Position numbers and translations under genes: made by a program. 64,000 nt of DNA from Tetramitus jugosus (taxonomy: Eukaryota; Protista; Heterolobosea): assembly GCA_937625935.1 (NCBI GenBank), contig OW569351.1, positions 62,001 to 126,000 on the forward strand, read 5' to 3'. The notes beneath the pieces were generated by a model, which did not search any database, was not told the origin of the DNA, and was given only the letters and a program-made list of their open reading frames with translations. Positions 30,777-41,382 of this stretch are shown piece by piece; the stretch's first letter is position 1, and every line of letters begins with the position of its first letter.

Positions 30777-31508
30777 ATGAAGGCCTTCACTCACTTGACC
30801 AGGATTTCTCAATCCGCCAGAAGAACTGCTATCAACTCTCAAGTCAGGTATGTCCTAAACAGCAATTATTATCTTGTGCTGCTTTTTGACCAACATGCTG
30901 CAAAAATCATTTTTTGCGTTTGTTTGGATGTCTTGCCAAATGTAAAAATTTCCAAAAGCTCACTCTTTTGTTTCCACATTGTCTTTCATATGGATGAATA
31001 TTGATTTTTTGTCCTTACCATGAAAATATAATAACAAATGATGATGTGCGTGCGAAGATTGGTGAGATTTGAGCAAGACAATCAAGCTCGCGCTCGTAAT
31101 GTGATCCTCGCTTCTGAGAGTTGGGACGCTTTGAAGACTGTTGCATCTCCTGATATCAACTCTTATAATCACTTGTTGTGGAAGATCACTCAAAACCGTG
31201 GTTTCGATCAGACCAAGTACTACTATCGTGAGATGATTGATAACAACATTACACCTGACGTTGAGACATTCTCTATTGTTTTGGCATCCGCTCTTGCTGA
31301 TCGTTCATTGTCCAGAATCACATACTATTTGTCCGAGATGGTCAGACAGGATGTCGCTCCACCAAGCTTCTTCCTTTCTGCTGCCGGTAGTGTCTTCAAG
31401 GCAAACGGTCAAGAGAATTTTGGAAGACAATTCGAATCTCTTTCCGCAAAGCCAGACGCAAAGGAACTTGGCGAGTTGTTGGAAACTTTGAACAAGGTTT
31501 TCCGTTAA
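30777..31508 (+). CDS. Small mitochondrial PPR-motif protein; exons 30777-30847 and 31058-31508 (173 aa)
   Basis: Arg/Ser/Thr presequence; PDINSYNHLL and EMIDNNITPDVETFSIVL PPR signatures; GTATGT...AAG intron. Confidence 0.75.
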
Positions 31509-32212
31509 ATGAGATGACTCATGAATCACACACACTTGCAAGTCTGTTGTTGTGTGCGTATATTTCGATGCAAAAACAATGCTGCAAGTTTTTCAATATG
31601 TAGTCGATCGATACGAACACACACATAGATTTTTTTTCATGAAACGCGAAAAATATGGAGTTGGAATTTAGAATTGAGAATGCAGTTGTAAAAAAATACA
31701 TGTCGAAACATTGATCATTGTGCTTTACTATTCTACATCTACCTGCTACGTGTGTGTGAGATTGTGTGAATTCTATGCGTGTTTCTATCCATCTATATTC
31801 ATTGTAGTTCACCATCTATCTATTCCTCCTTACTTGTGAATTAAAAGTGGCAAGGGTCCTTATCGTTTCTCTCGTGTTTCCTTCCTGCATTTCTGTGAAA
31901 GTTGTTCCTTCACCGCTTTGCTTGACATCCAGCCCAGTGCATGTCGGAGGTATTTAATTCCAGCCATTGTTCTCTATTGTAAACGCAGATAATTGTAAAT
32001 CATCATCTCCGATGGAAAAAGCTAAAAATACTTGGGATCAGAGAAGAAAATGTTTGCCACCGACCAGACACAAAGTGCAAAACATATCAAAAAAGTCAAG
32101 CAAACACCAAAAGGATACCTGCCCACACTGACTTTGTTTTTCTGCGACCGCTCTCGTTCTCTGAAAACACCAACAACAACAATCAACAATAATAATATAA
32201 ATAATATAAATA

Positions 32213-33006
32213 ATGTCTATTCTTGAATATAACGGAGGATGTGTCGTTGCCATGGTTGGCAAGAACTGTGTTGCGATTGCGAGTGATAAGAGATATGGTA
32301 TACGTCAACAAACTGTTGGAAACAACATGCAAAAAGTGTTCCAAGTCAACGACAAGTGTTTCCTTGGTATGAGCGGTCTCGCCACCGATGTTCAAACAGT
32401 GTATGTGTGTGTTCATTTGATGATGGTGACGATCATTCAATCATATCGATACTGACTGTTTGTTTTTTTTTGACCATTTGTTTTTGATGATGTTTGTCTT
32501 TTTCGCATCATTCCATTTCATTGTTGTTACATTTGTCGAAAAAATGAATGAATCGACGTACGATATCAATTGACAGTCATGAAAAGTTAAAGTTCAGAGT
32601 CAACATGTACAAATTGAGAGAGGACCGTGACATTAAGCCTAGCAGCTTCTCTAATCTTGTGAGCAGCGTGTTGTACGAGAGAAGATTTGGACCATGGTTC
32701 ATTGAACCTGTGATCGCTGGTCTCGAAGGCCCAGAAAACAAACCATTCATCTGTGCACAGGACTTGATTGGAGCCAGTTGCTTCACTGATAATTTTGTGG
32801 TGAGTGGAACCTGCTCTGAGGCACTGTATGGCATGTGTGAGAGTTTGTTTAAGCCTGATATGGAACCAGAGGATTTGTTTGAAGTGATTTCTCAGTGCTT
32901 GTTGGCTGCCATTGACAGAGATTGTATTACTGGTTGGGGTGCAGTGGTTCACATTGTGACACCGGACAAGATTATTACAAAGAATTTGAAGACCCGTCAA
33001 GATTAA
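32213..33006 (+). CDS. PSMB3: 20S proteasome subunit beta 3; intron 32401-32576 (205 aa)
   Basis: [53 protein letters not shown]. Confidence 0.98.
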
Positions 33007-33179
33007 GATCCATACGTGTGTTTTGGACACAACGGGTATTTCAGTGCAAGTGAGATTGCAGTGCTGTGTGCATTGTCAGTGATCTTAAACAAGTGTAATT
33101 TTTGTACAAAGGCTTCTATAAAAAAACAATTGAAAACAACAGAAGTTTCATCCAATTCTGGAGTCATGCTTCGTAACTT

Positions 33180-35597
33180 TTATCGGACACGACCCAAGCC
33201 AGCAGCAAAGTTCTGAACAATAGGAAGGTCATGTGACGTGAGCTGTAGCATTTGAAGCATATGGTTGATGAGAGATTGTTCGTTTTGTGGATTCGTGCTT
33301 CTCATGGACCGCACAGCCTTGATGATGATTTGTGCTTTGCTCAGATACTCCAGTTTGAGGCTGTTGATGAGACTGTCTTCCGTGATCCGTATCTTTTCCA
33401 TCATTTGCCTATCTAGTTCGTCCTTGCTGCATGACTGAGGAGTCTTGTACCGCAGAAATGACTTTGTGTACAGTTGTTTGATTTGCATGCCTAGAGTTGT
33501 TTCATGCACTTGTCCTTCGTACACGAGGTTTAACATTTGGAGCTTTGTTTTCTGGTGACTCCGATTGTGATTGTCCTGCATGAACGTTAGATCCAACAAT
33601 ACACTGCCATGGTAGTCAATATCACTTCCTGGAATGGGAACTGAGCTGTGAACGGTAACAAAGTTAGCTTCATAGCTCTTCTTCACCTTGGAGCAGTTGA
33701 ATGCAACACTTGCATTCTTTTCCGGTATCAACTTGACGTACAAACGACAAATATCATTGGCAATATTGATATCGTTGCTCCGGATAATGAGCTGATGCCC
33801 CACGAGAACACAATACGTCAAAGTGTTCATAATTTGGCTGTGTGAGTGCACGTTGCTATGCACAGAATGATTCACTTCGAGCGATGCTTCATACGTCGAC
33901 AAAATGTCACCATTGTGTCCTGTCCTGTCTTCTGACCTGCTATCAAACATGAGAGCATTAAGCACATCCGTCTCATTCGAATGTGAAATAAATAAGTTTT
34001 GTTTCTTGAGGTTCTTAATCTGTTGAGCAATTTGAGCCTTTGCCTTTTGTTTCTCTACATCTTTAATCAATCGTTTCACAACAATTGACCACTGATTCAA
34101 GCAATCCATTGCAAGCGTCGTTGTTGCGTTTGTTGACCGAGGTGATTTCATTGCAGTGCCGCTCACAGAATCATCAGAGCTCGTACGCTCTGCTGCTCCA
34201 TTTTGATTCATTAAATGAACATTGCTTGTCACATGAGGCATGGCACCAAAACTCGTCGTGTGCAAGTACATGGACGGATCCAAGTGAATCATTCGATCAC
34301 AAAACGCTCTCAGAATAGAACTCTGCCACACGTGCAAATCAACAAACAGTGATTCGTGTTGCAGCAGGACGGGCAATGGTCTCAAAGGCCCCGTTCTCTT
34401 CTGAATCGATCGATGATGATGATAAAAATTGTTCATCATGGGTGGCATCGATGAACCCTCTCCTGCACTAGTTGTCGTAGTAGTCGTACCAACACTACTC
34501 GATACACCTTGACTTGCTCCCAAGCTACCAAAATGCTGCTGCTGCTGCTGTTGCAACTGTTGCTGTTGCTGCTGTTGTGACTCGATTAAAAATATTTCTT
34601 GTGATCGCTTCTTGAGACACTTGACAACATGACAGAACGCTTTTTGAACAAACGACCAGGACAATGTCAAACAGGAGAGACCCTTGTCCATCAACACAAA
34701 CGAATACCATCTAGTGAAGCCACGAGCCTTACTATCTTTCAATTTAAACACATAGGCAATCCCATAACCCGTTGTTTCATCACCAAACAACACTGGTCCT
34801 TCTCTTCCTGGCCCCACATACTCTACAGACAAGCTCCGAAGTGATAAACTCTTGAATTTACTAGTGTGAGCATGTTTGATGCGATGAGCACTGATAAAGA
34901 GTTGATTGTGATCCAGAGTAGCATGTTGAATGTGATGCAACAGTACGTTGGATTGATAGAGACGCAAAATTCGATGAATTTCATCTTGTTGTTGTTGTTG
35001 TTCTTCGTTTTGATGTTGTTCTTGTTGCTGTTCTAGTAGGTATTCATCAGTTAGAGTACTGGAAGTGGGTGATGATGTAGGTGATGATGGTGATGTAGGT
35101 GGAGAAGGTGGTGATGAAGGTGGTGGAATGTGAATATGATGTATATGAGTATTATTATTGTTAGTATTATTAGTATTATTAGTGTTATTGTTATTAGTAT
35201 TGGTGGTGGTGTGATTGTTATTAGTGCTGTTATTGTGAGAAAAGGATAGTGAGTGATGAATGGTTTGTGTACAATAGAGAACACTCGGTCCATCTCTCTC
35301 ACAAAAATGACACAACAGTAATAGCTTTTGATTGAATTCGTCATTTTCTTCGGGATAGGATGCACTGTTGCGACGATTGTTATTATTGTTAGTAGTCGTG
35401 GTAGGTTGATTGTTGATATTGTTGTTGGTGGATAAAGAATAGGATCTGTGTCGTTGTTGAGATGTTGTTATTACATTGGAATTTTTATGCATGTCCACTT
35501 GTGGTGGCAGAGCTTGTTGTTGTACTTGTTCATTCTCTGGTGGTAGTAGTTGTTGTTGTTGTTGAAATGGTGGTGGTTGATGTTGTTGTGATGTCAT
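33180..35597 (-). CDS. FLCN: Folliculin
   Basis: LCHFCERDGPSVLYCTQ, RSLSVE, GREGPVLFGD, FKLKDSKARGFTRWYS; poly-Q/N/T tracts. Confidence 0.92.
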   Translation of the reverse strand: MTSQQHQPPPFQQQQQLLPPENEQVQQQALPPQVDMHKNSNVITTSQQRHRSYSLSTNNNINNQPTTTTNNNNNRRNSASYPEENDEFNQKLLLLCHFCERDGPSVLYCTQTIHHSLSFSHNNSTNNNHTTTNTNNNNTNNTNNTNNNNTHIHHIHIPPPSSPPSPPTSPSSPTSSPTSSTLTDEYLLEQQQEQHQNEEQQQQQDEIHRILRLYQSNVLLHHIQHATLDHNQLFISAHRIKHAHTSKFKSLSLRSLSVEYVGPGREGPVLFGDETTGYGIAYVFKLKDSKARGFTRWYSFVLMDKGLSCLTLSWSFVQKAFCHVVKCLKKRSQEIFLIESQQQQQQQLQQQQQQHFGSLGASQGVSSSVGTTTTTTSAGEGSSMPPMMNNFYHHHRSIQKRTGPLRPLPVLLQHESLFVDLHVWQSSILRAFCDRMIHLDPSMYLHTTSFGAMPHVTSNVHLMNQNGAAERTSSDDSVSGTAMKSPRSTNATTTLAMDCLNQWSIVVKRLIKDVEKQKAKAQIAQQIKNLKKQNLFISHSNETDVLNALMFDSRSEDRTGHNGDILSTYEASLEVNHSVHSNVHSHSQIMNTLTYCVLVGHQLIIRSNDINIANDICRLYVKLIPEKNASVAFNCSKVKKSYEANFVTVHSSVPIPGSDIDYHGSVLLDLTFMQDNHNRSHQKTKLQMLNLVYEGQVHETTLGMQIKQLYTKSFLRYKTPQSCSKDELDRQMMEKIRITEDSLINSLKLEYLSKAQIIIKAVRSMRSTNPQNEQSLINHMLQMLQLTSHDLPIVQNFAAGLGRVR

Positions 35598-36054
35598 ATT
35601 ATGTGAGAGAGAAAATGATCATTCACATATGAAGGTGGTAGTGTGGTGGTGTGGTGGTGTGGTGGTGGAAGAATGTTGTTGAATGTTCAACTCCCTCCTC
35701 TGGTCGATTGCTGTTTGTTGTTTGTTCGAACGTGTGTCGATTTTTTCAATTGTTGTATATTTTTGTTTCTCCGGCAAGTTTTGGAGGGAGGTTTTTTTCC
35801 AATTCGGAGTTGGAATGGTGGACTACGGCAGCAAAGAGGAGCTTTTGGAGGAGAAACACTAATGAGTCCAAAGATTGAAGAACTTTGAGTTCAACTATAC
35901 CCGCCAAAATAGATAGGTAACTGCTGATTTTTCCCGTCGAGACACCACGGATTCATTGCATTCTTTCAAGTACGATCGTCGTTGGTTCAAACAACAAGAT
36001 TGAACTAAGAGCCGCCACAAAAAAACTAGATACCAGTTCATTTCGTCATATACA

Positions 36055-38565
36055 ATGAAGGAAATGAAAGAGTATGAAAACTTGGAAGATGATGATGGTT
36101 GTTTGCCCTCTTCTTTTAAAAGGTCTTGTTGTTTTCGAGCTCTGACTTCGATGCAAACAGCTATTATAGTGCTGTTCCTAGCTCTTTTTACAGCTTATGC
36201 AGCTGTGTTTGGTATGTATTGATGAGATTCTTGGACTTGGGATAGTAAAGTAAGTTCTATGAATTTGACACTGAAACATTCTACATTCTCAGCATTTTGG
36301 TCCGCACCATTCTACACGAGTGTTAGAAATTTAGCATGGCAATTTCAAGATAATTCCATGTCGTTTCTTCTGCGTCAGATAGATGAACAACTAGTAGCTC
36401 AAGAAACTATGGTTGATGGAATGGGCCTGGACTTGAAGTACAAGAAAGATATCATCTCGAACAGGACTCTGTTCACGGACTATGCTATTTCATCCTTTCG
36501 AACTGTCGCGGCTCGAGACTTGGAGTACAATTCTTTAGTAATTATTGACTACGAAAACCCGAGTATCATCAGTAAGTTCTTTAATTTCAAAGTTTCTCTT
36601 ACTGATACTCTTTTCTAACTTTAACGAACAGGCATTGTAAGGGATGACAAAAACTATACTGATAAGTTGGATGACTTGAAATACTCTATTTTTTCTTCGA
36701 TTGATGCTACTGAACCAGGAAATGGTACACTGACATTCTATGAAGATATTCACTTTGATACGATTATCAGTTCAGAGAACTACTACTTCAACTATTTAAA
36801 TTCAGAGTGGGTCCAACAAGCGAACGCCAGCTCTAAACCCAAGTACTTTTGGACTCCTACCTTTATTCAATCAAATCCCCAGTATGGATATGGAAACCAT
36901 TCTTTTAATTCAGTCATGAGGATGATTTATGATGATAGCGGAGTACTACTTTACTCCGTGGCTTGTTCAGTTTCTAACCTTCAATTAGGGGTAGAACTAG
37001 ACCAAATCGTTGGAGATAGGATAGCACTAATATATCAAACACAGACCGAACATATTATTGCATCATCGGATGATCGGATAAAAACTGTAGACAATCAAAC
37101 TTTGACCTCCCTTCCTAGTGTACGGATAAGAGAATTGAAAACACTGATCCGATTTGTGGCTGATAAATTTGATACCAGAAGTTTCAACCATTCTCAAATT
37201 GAAAAAGCAGACTACTTCGATGGGCCAAAGGGATCTAGATACTTGGTGAGTGTGACCAGAATACTTCATCCTGGAGGATTGGATTGGATAATCGTTCTGG
37301 CAAGTAATAGAAACAAACTTGTTTTCCAATCGTGGGTTGCTTTCATAGCAGCAACGATTCTTGGTTCAATATTCTTAATTGTAGGTTTGGCGGTTGGTGT
37401 ATCTGCAAGTTTTTGGTTGACCTCACCCATAAAACAACTTCAGAAGGAGATGGAGAAAGTATCTGAATTAAACTTGGATATGGTGAAGGAATTGGAAGAA
37501 TCTGCCTTTTCGGAGATGAAATCTATACAGAAAACATTTCAGTTAACTGTTGAGAGACTAAAGGAATACAGGTCTTTCATACCAGCTCATCTGTTAAATG
37601 AAATTGATGGAAATCATGAAGACGATATTATTGAGAGTTCAATTGTTTCTAACATGGAATCAACACCAGCTGACAGAGCGAGTAGCTTCAGAAATTCCAG
37701 TTTAAACAAAGCAACAAACAATCAAAACGCCAAAGAAAGAAGAGAAGCTATGTTTAAAGTTGGATTGAGTGAACGACCCATATCCTATATCTACGTTAAA
37801 ATTGAGAATTTTGAGGACATTATGAAGATTGTGAGACCCGATGAATGGGCTCTTAGGATTCACCGAGAGCTTGTTGAGCAATTATCAAAGATAGCCACAG
37901 ATTTTAAGGCTCATCTGCGGTTCGATGTAACATCTTTCGAACTGTTTTTCAATACATCCCATGATACACGAGAGTATCAAGATAAAGCCTGTGGTGCAGC
38001 TCATGCGATATATGAAGAACTAAAGAAGTTATCTTCTGTTAGCGATCTCGATACTTCATTGAATTTCAAGATCTGCGTCTTGAGTTTGAATGCTTTCTGT
38101 GGAAATATTGGTTCAGAAGTAAATAAGCAAGCTATTGCGTGGTGTCCAGATATGGTTAAAAGGGCTTTAAATGCAATTTCTATCGCTTCTGCTTGGAATG
38201 TCGATATCCTTGTAGATCATGACACTTGCTTAAAAATTGAGAAGAATTACATGGTACGACCAGTAATTGACACTCATTTAGGTGGCGATCCAAGAAAACT
38301 AGAACGGTTGCATCAACTTGGACCGAAACATCAAAAATCTGAAGGAGAAGAGTGGATGTATGAAATGCATATCAATGAAGAGAATTCGAGATGGAATGGC
38401 TATGTTGAAGCATACGATCATCTCATGAAGAGAGAATACGAGGAAGCAATGAAGGGCTTTGAAGACTTTTTAGCAAACAACCCAGAGGATGAATTGACTG
38501 CAAGCCACATTGAAGCTCTCAAGCAAAGATCAAATGGTCACGTAAAGGAATTCCACGAAGTTTGA
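36055..38565 (+). CDS. Receptor-type adenylate/guanylate cyclase-like protein with degenerate catalytic domain; exons 36055-36211, 36293-36571, 36632-38565 (789 aa)
   Basis: TM - extracellular Cache-like domain - TM - HAMP (PIKQLQKEMEKV) - LKEYRSFIP - cyclase-like fold (CGNIGS) - EWMY/TPR-like tail. Confidence 0.75.
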
Positions 38566-38687
38566 CCTAAAAAGACACACAACTGACATACAAAACAACT
38601 ACAAACAAACCATAACAACAAGGAAGTAAATAATCATACTATCAATTACCAAAATCTTTATTTACACGCGGTGGCCTTCTCTCTCTA

Positions 38688-38975
38688 TTACAACTGTTGC
38701 GATTTTGCAGCTTCCTTCTTCTCAGCCAACTTTTTCTTGTGCTCAAAAATCAAATGATTGATCGTATCCATGGACTCCCACTGTTTTGGATTTGGCCATG
38801 AAAACATGGTAAATATGGCAATGACCGTTCCTACACCTAGATAGCCAATGCATCCACTTCGGATAAACAATTTTGCATTGAATTTGCCGTGTTTGAGCTT
38901 TGCAGCAGCAATTTCAGCTTCGGTTGGTCCTGCTTTTTGTTGTTGTTGAAAGAGTGGAGCTGTGAATCGGAACAT
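38688..38975 (-). CDS. Small single-TM protein, probably mitochondrial
   Basis: 95-aa ORF, MFRFT start, central hydrophobic helix; divergent from DDAH. Confidence 0.6.
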   Translation of the reverse strand: MFRFTAPLFQQQQKAGPTEAEIAAAKLKHGKFNAKLFIRSGCIGYLGVGTVIAIFTMFSWPNPKQWESMDTINHLIFEHKKKLAEKKEAAKSQQL

Positions 38976-39133
38976 GTCTGTCGTTCTAGGTAGGTATCAA
39001 TCAAAGCGTAAGTTGCAATTCTTGGTTGCTTTGCGATGTTGTTATTGTGCGCCCCAGAGTTTTTTTGGCGGCTATTTGATTCCGGAGAAATGGCTGAACA
39101 TCAGAAAAACCAAGAAGGATCTAAAATAGAGTC

Positions 39134-40069
39134 ATGAGTACGAGTATGCGCATAGAGACACATGCTGTCACCAGAGGAATCTCAAAGGAACTTTGCCATG
39201 CGTTAGCCATGAGTCCAGTACCATCAGATCAAGCCATATCCTACCAAGTAGCCTGCGATCAGCACGGAAGCTACAGCCGTCTGTTGAATTCCATTCTTCA
39301 GTCATCAGATAATCCCAGATTGCACCACATTGATGCATCGGATGAATACCCAGATTGTGTCTTTATCGAGGACACTATCATTGCCACACTAGACAAGGTG
39401 CTAATCACTCAACCGGGTGCTGTTTCAAGGAGAGGAGAAACGTTGGCAGTCAAGCAATTTTTTGAGTCGAGAAAAACTGCAACAGTCGTGCAATGTATGA
39501 GTGAGATTGATCCTGAATCTACCATGGACGGTGGAGATGTGCTGTGCATTGAGTTTGCAAGGTTGATCCTCGTGGGACAGAGCTCTCGAACCAATCAGAG
39601 AGGTATTCAAGTACTTCGCAACGTATTCCCTGATTTTAAGGTGGTAGTAATTCAAGTGAATCGAGGCCTTCATCTCAAATCATTCTGTTCCTTGTTTGTC
39701 TGTCTTTCATCTCATCCATCTGATACGGTTGTTTTGGTTTCAGGGTGTGACATTGGTAGAGATATCGGACGACAGATTGAACAAAGTGTGACTGGTATTA
39801 AGCTTGTATTTGTTGGTGATGTTGAATCCAGTAATTGCCTTTTTATTCCTTTGCAAGTAGAGGAGTCCTCAAAGGGCAACTACCGAGCATCCAAGTTTGC
39901 CGTTGTGCGAAAGAAGGGATACCCAACCAGTGATTTTGCGTTTCAACAATTGATGGAGGAATATGGGCAATCTGAGAGAGGATCCATCTATGAAATAATG
40001 TATGACGAGTTGGCAAAGGTTGATGGGGCTCTCACCTGTTGTTCAGTCATCTACTTGCAACGCTCGTAA
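39134..40069 (+). CDS. DDAH: Dimethylarginine dimethylaminohydrolase (amidinotransferase superfamily)
   Basis: PDCVFIED, PGAVSRRGE, DGGDV, LHLKS, KVDGALTCCS. Confidence 0.92.
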   Translation: MSTSMRIETHAVTRGISKELCHALAMSPVPSDQAISYQVACDQHGSYSRLLNSILQSSDNPRLHHIDASDEYPDCVFIEDTIIATLDKVLITQPGAVSRRGETLAVKQFFESRKTATVVQCMSEIDPESTMDGGDVLCIEFARLILVGQSSRTNQRGIQVLRNVFPDFKVVVIQVNRGLHLKSFCSLFVCLSSHPSDTVVLVSGCDIGRDIGRQIEQSVTGIKLVFVGDVESSNCLFIPLQVEESSKGNYRASKFAVVRKKGYPTSDFAFQQLMEEYGQSERGSIYEIMYDELAKVDGALTCCSVIYLQRS

Positions 40070-40186
40070 AACCTAAGCTTCCGATTGGATTTCCTTCCAG
40101 AAATCTTTTGACCGGAACTCAACAACCCAAACTCAAAGAAATTCCACACACATTCACACAACCAACAATATCAATAGCAGTAGAGT

Positions 40187-41096
40187 ATGGGAAGTTTCCC
40201 TTTTAATTGTCGCCATTGCCGTGGGGGCTATGGCCAGTGTGCCATCCGTCGCCAACGCGAAAGGGCAGAGCGATCAGAAGCAGTTCAACCTCAGAAAGAA
40301 GAAGCCAACAAAGAAGGGAGGGAGCAAAAGAAAATACAAGCAAAGGACAAGAAGAAAGACAAGAAAGATAATGAAGAGGAGGGAGAAGATATTGAATGCA
40401 CTCACGACGAAGAGGAAGAAGAGGAATATGATTATGAGGATGATGAAGAAGAAGAATATGTACCACATGCTAATTGTGAAGGAGGACAATTTTGGTACTG
40501 TCACATCTTTTTTTTTTCGCCGACGCAGAGATGATAACTGACTCTTAACCAATTAATTCTTTTTCTGAAATCGTGTGCCTAGTTACTCGGATGAGATTGT
40601 GGTTCATGTTGGAGAGAGCGTCATTTTGGGCTGTCACTACACATCTTATGGATCTGCGACAATTGAGGGTCACAAGATCTATTCTTGTGAATTTTCACAG
40701 TACTTTGATGGTTGGGGAGGTGTGAAGCTCGTGGCTGATGGATTCATGTGTGCTGACTGTTATGAGGATCGAGAAAGTAGTTTCTCTAGGAAGGAGGAAA
40801 TTGATGGCCGCGTGCCGGATGATAATGAATACAGGAGAAAACATGCTCTCTATGTGTTGAAGTCCAAGTTGAACATCCCTTTGCCAGTGATTCAACATCA
40901 CATCATGCCCTACTTGAAGAATTGCTCGGAGAGAAAGGATAGATTTGATTGTTTGTTGTGCACTGCGATTGGAAGGTCTTACTACACATTGGATAGAGAG
41001 GCGGAGTTGCGATGTCAGAGAGAAGAAGAAGACGACGAAGACGACGAAGAGGAGGAGCAAGTGAGGAAGAAACCACGCTTGAGCTTTGAATGGTAG
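40187..41096 (+). CDS. Hypothetical Cys-rich/acidic protein; intron 40495-40582 (273 aa)
   Basis: Splicing joins two ORFs in frame (CEGGQFCYSDE); CxxC pairs; C-terminal RKKPRL NLS-like motif. Confidence 0.65.
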
Positions 41097-41382
41097 TGTC
41101 CTCGAAATAGTGAAGTCCATGGACTTGCTTTGGGAGTGATCAGATGTCTATTGTTGGTAACGAGATATTAGTTTCTTACCAGAAATGTTCAAATCCTCCG
41201 CGCTTGTTTTTAGTGCACAAACAAAAATTGTAAAAATAAGAAGATACACTTGAGATATCTCAAGCTGGTCAACCAGAGTTATATGATCCTATCAGATTGG
41301 TGCATTCGCGTGTTCCAACAGGCACAAACACGAGCACAACCGAAATACGAACCCATCACTCTCCTTTACCCCACTCTCTTGC

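Noticed and set aside
31810-32010. Coding-looking minus-strand fragment upstream of PSMB3
   Set aside because: Only about 35 codons, interrupted, no motif
34540-35600. (CAA)n, (AAT)n and similar repeats; also YDEQ repeats in BRF1
   Set aside because: Ordinary low-complexity coding tracts found throughout the window; not CRISPR or satellite arrays
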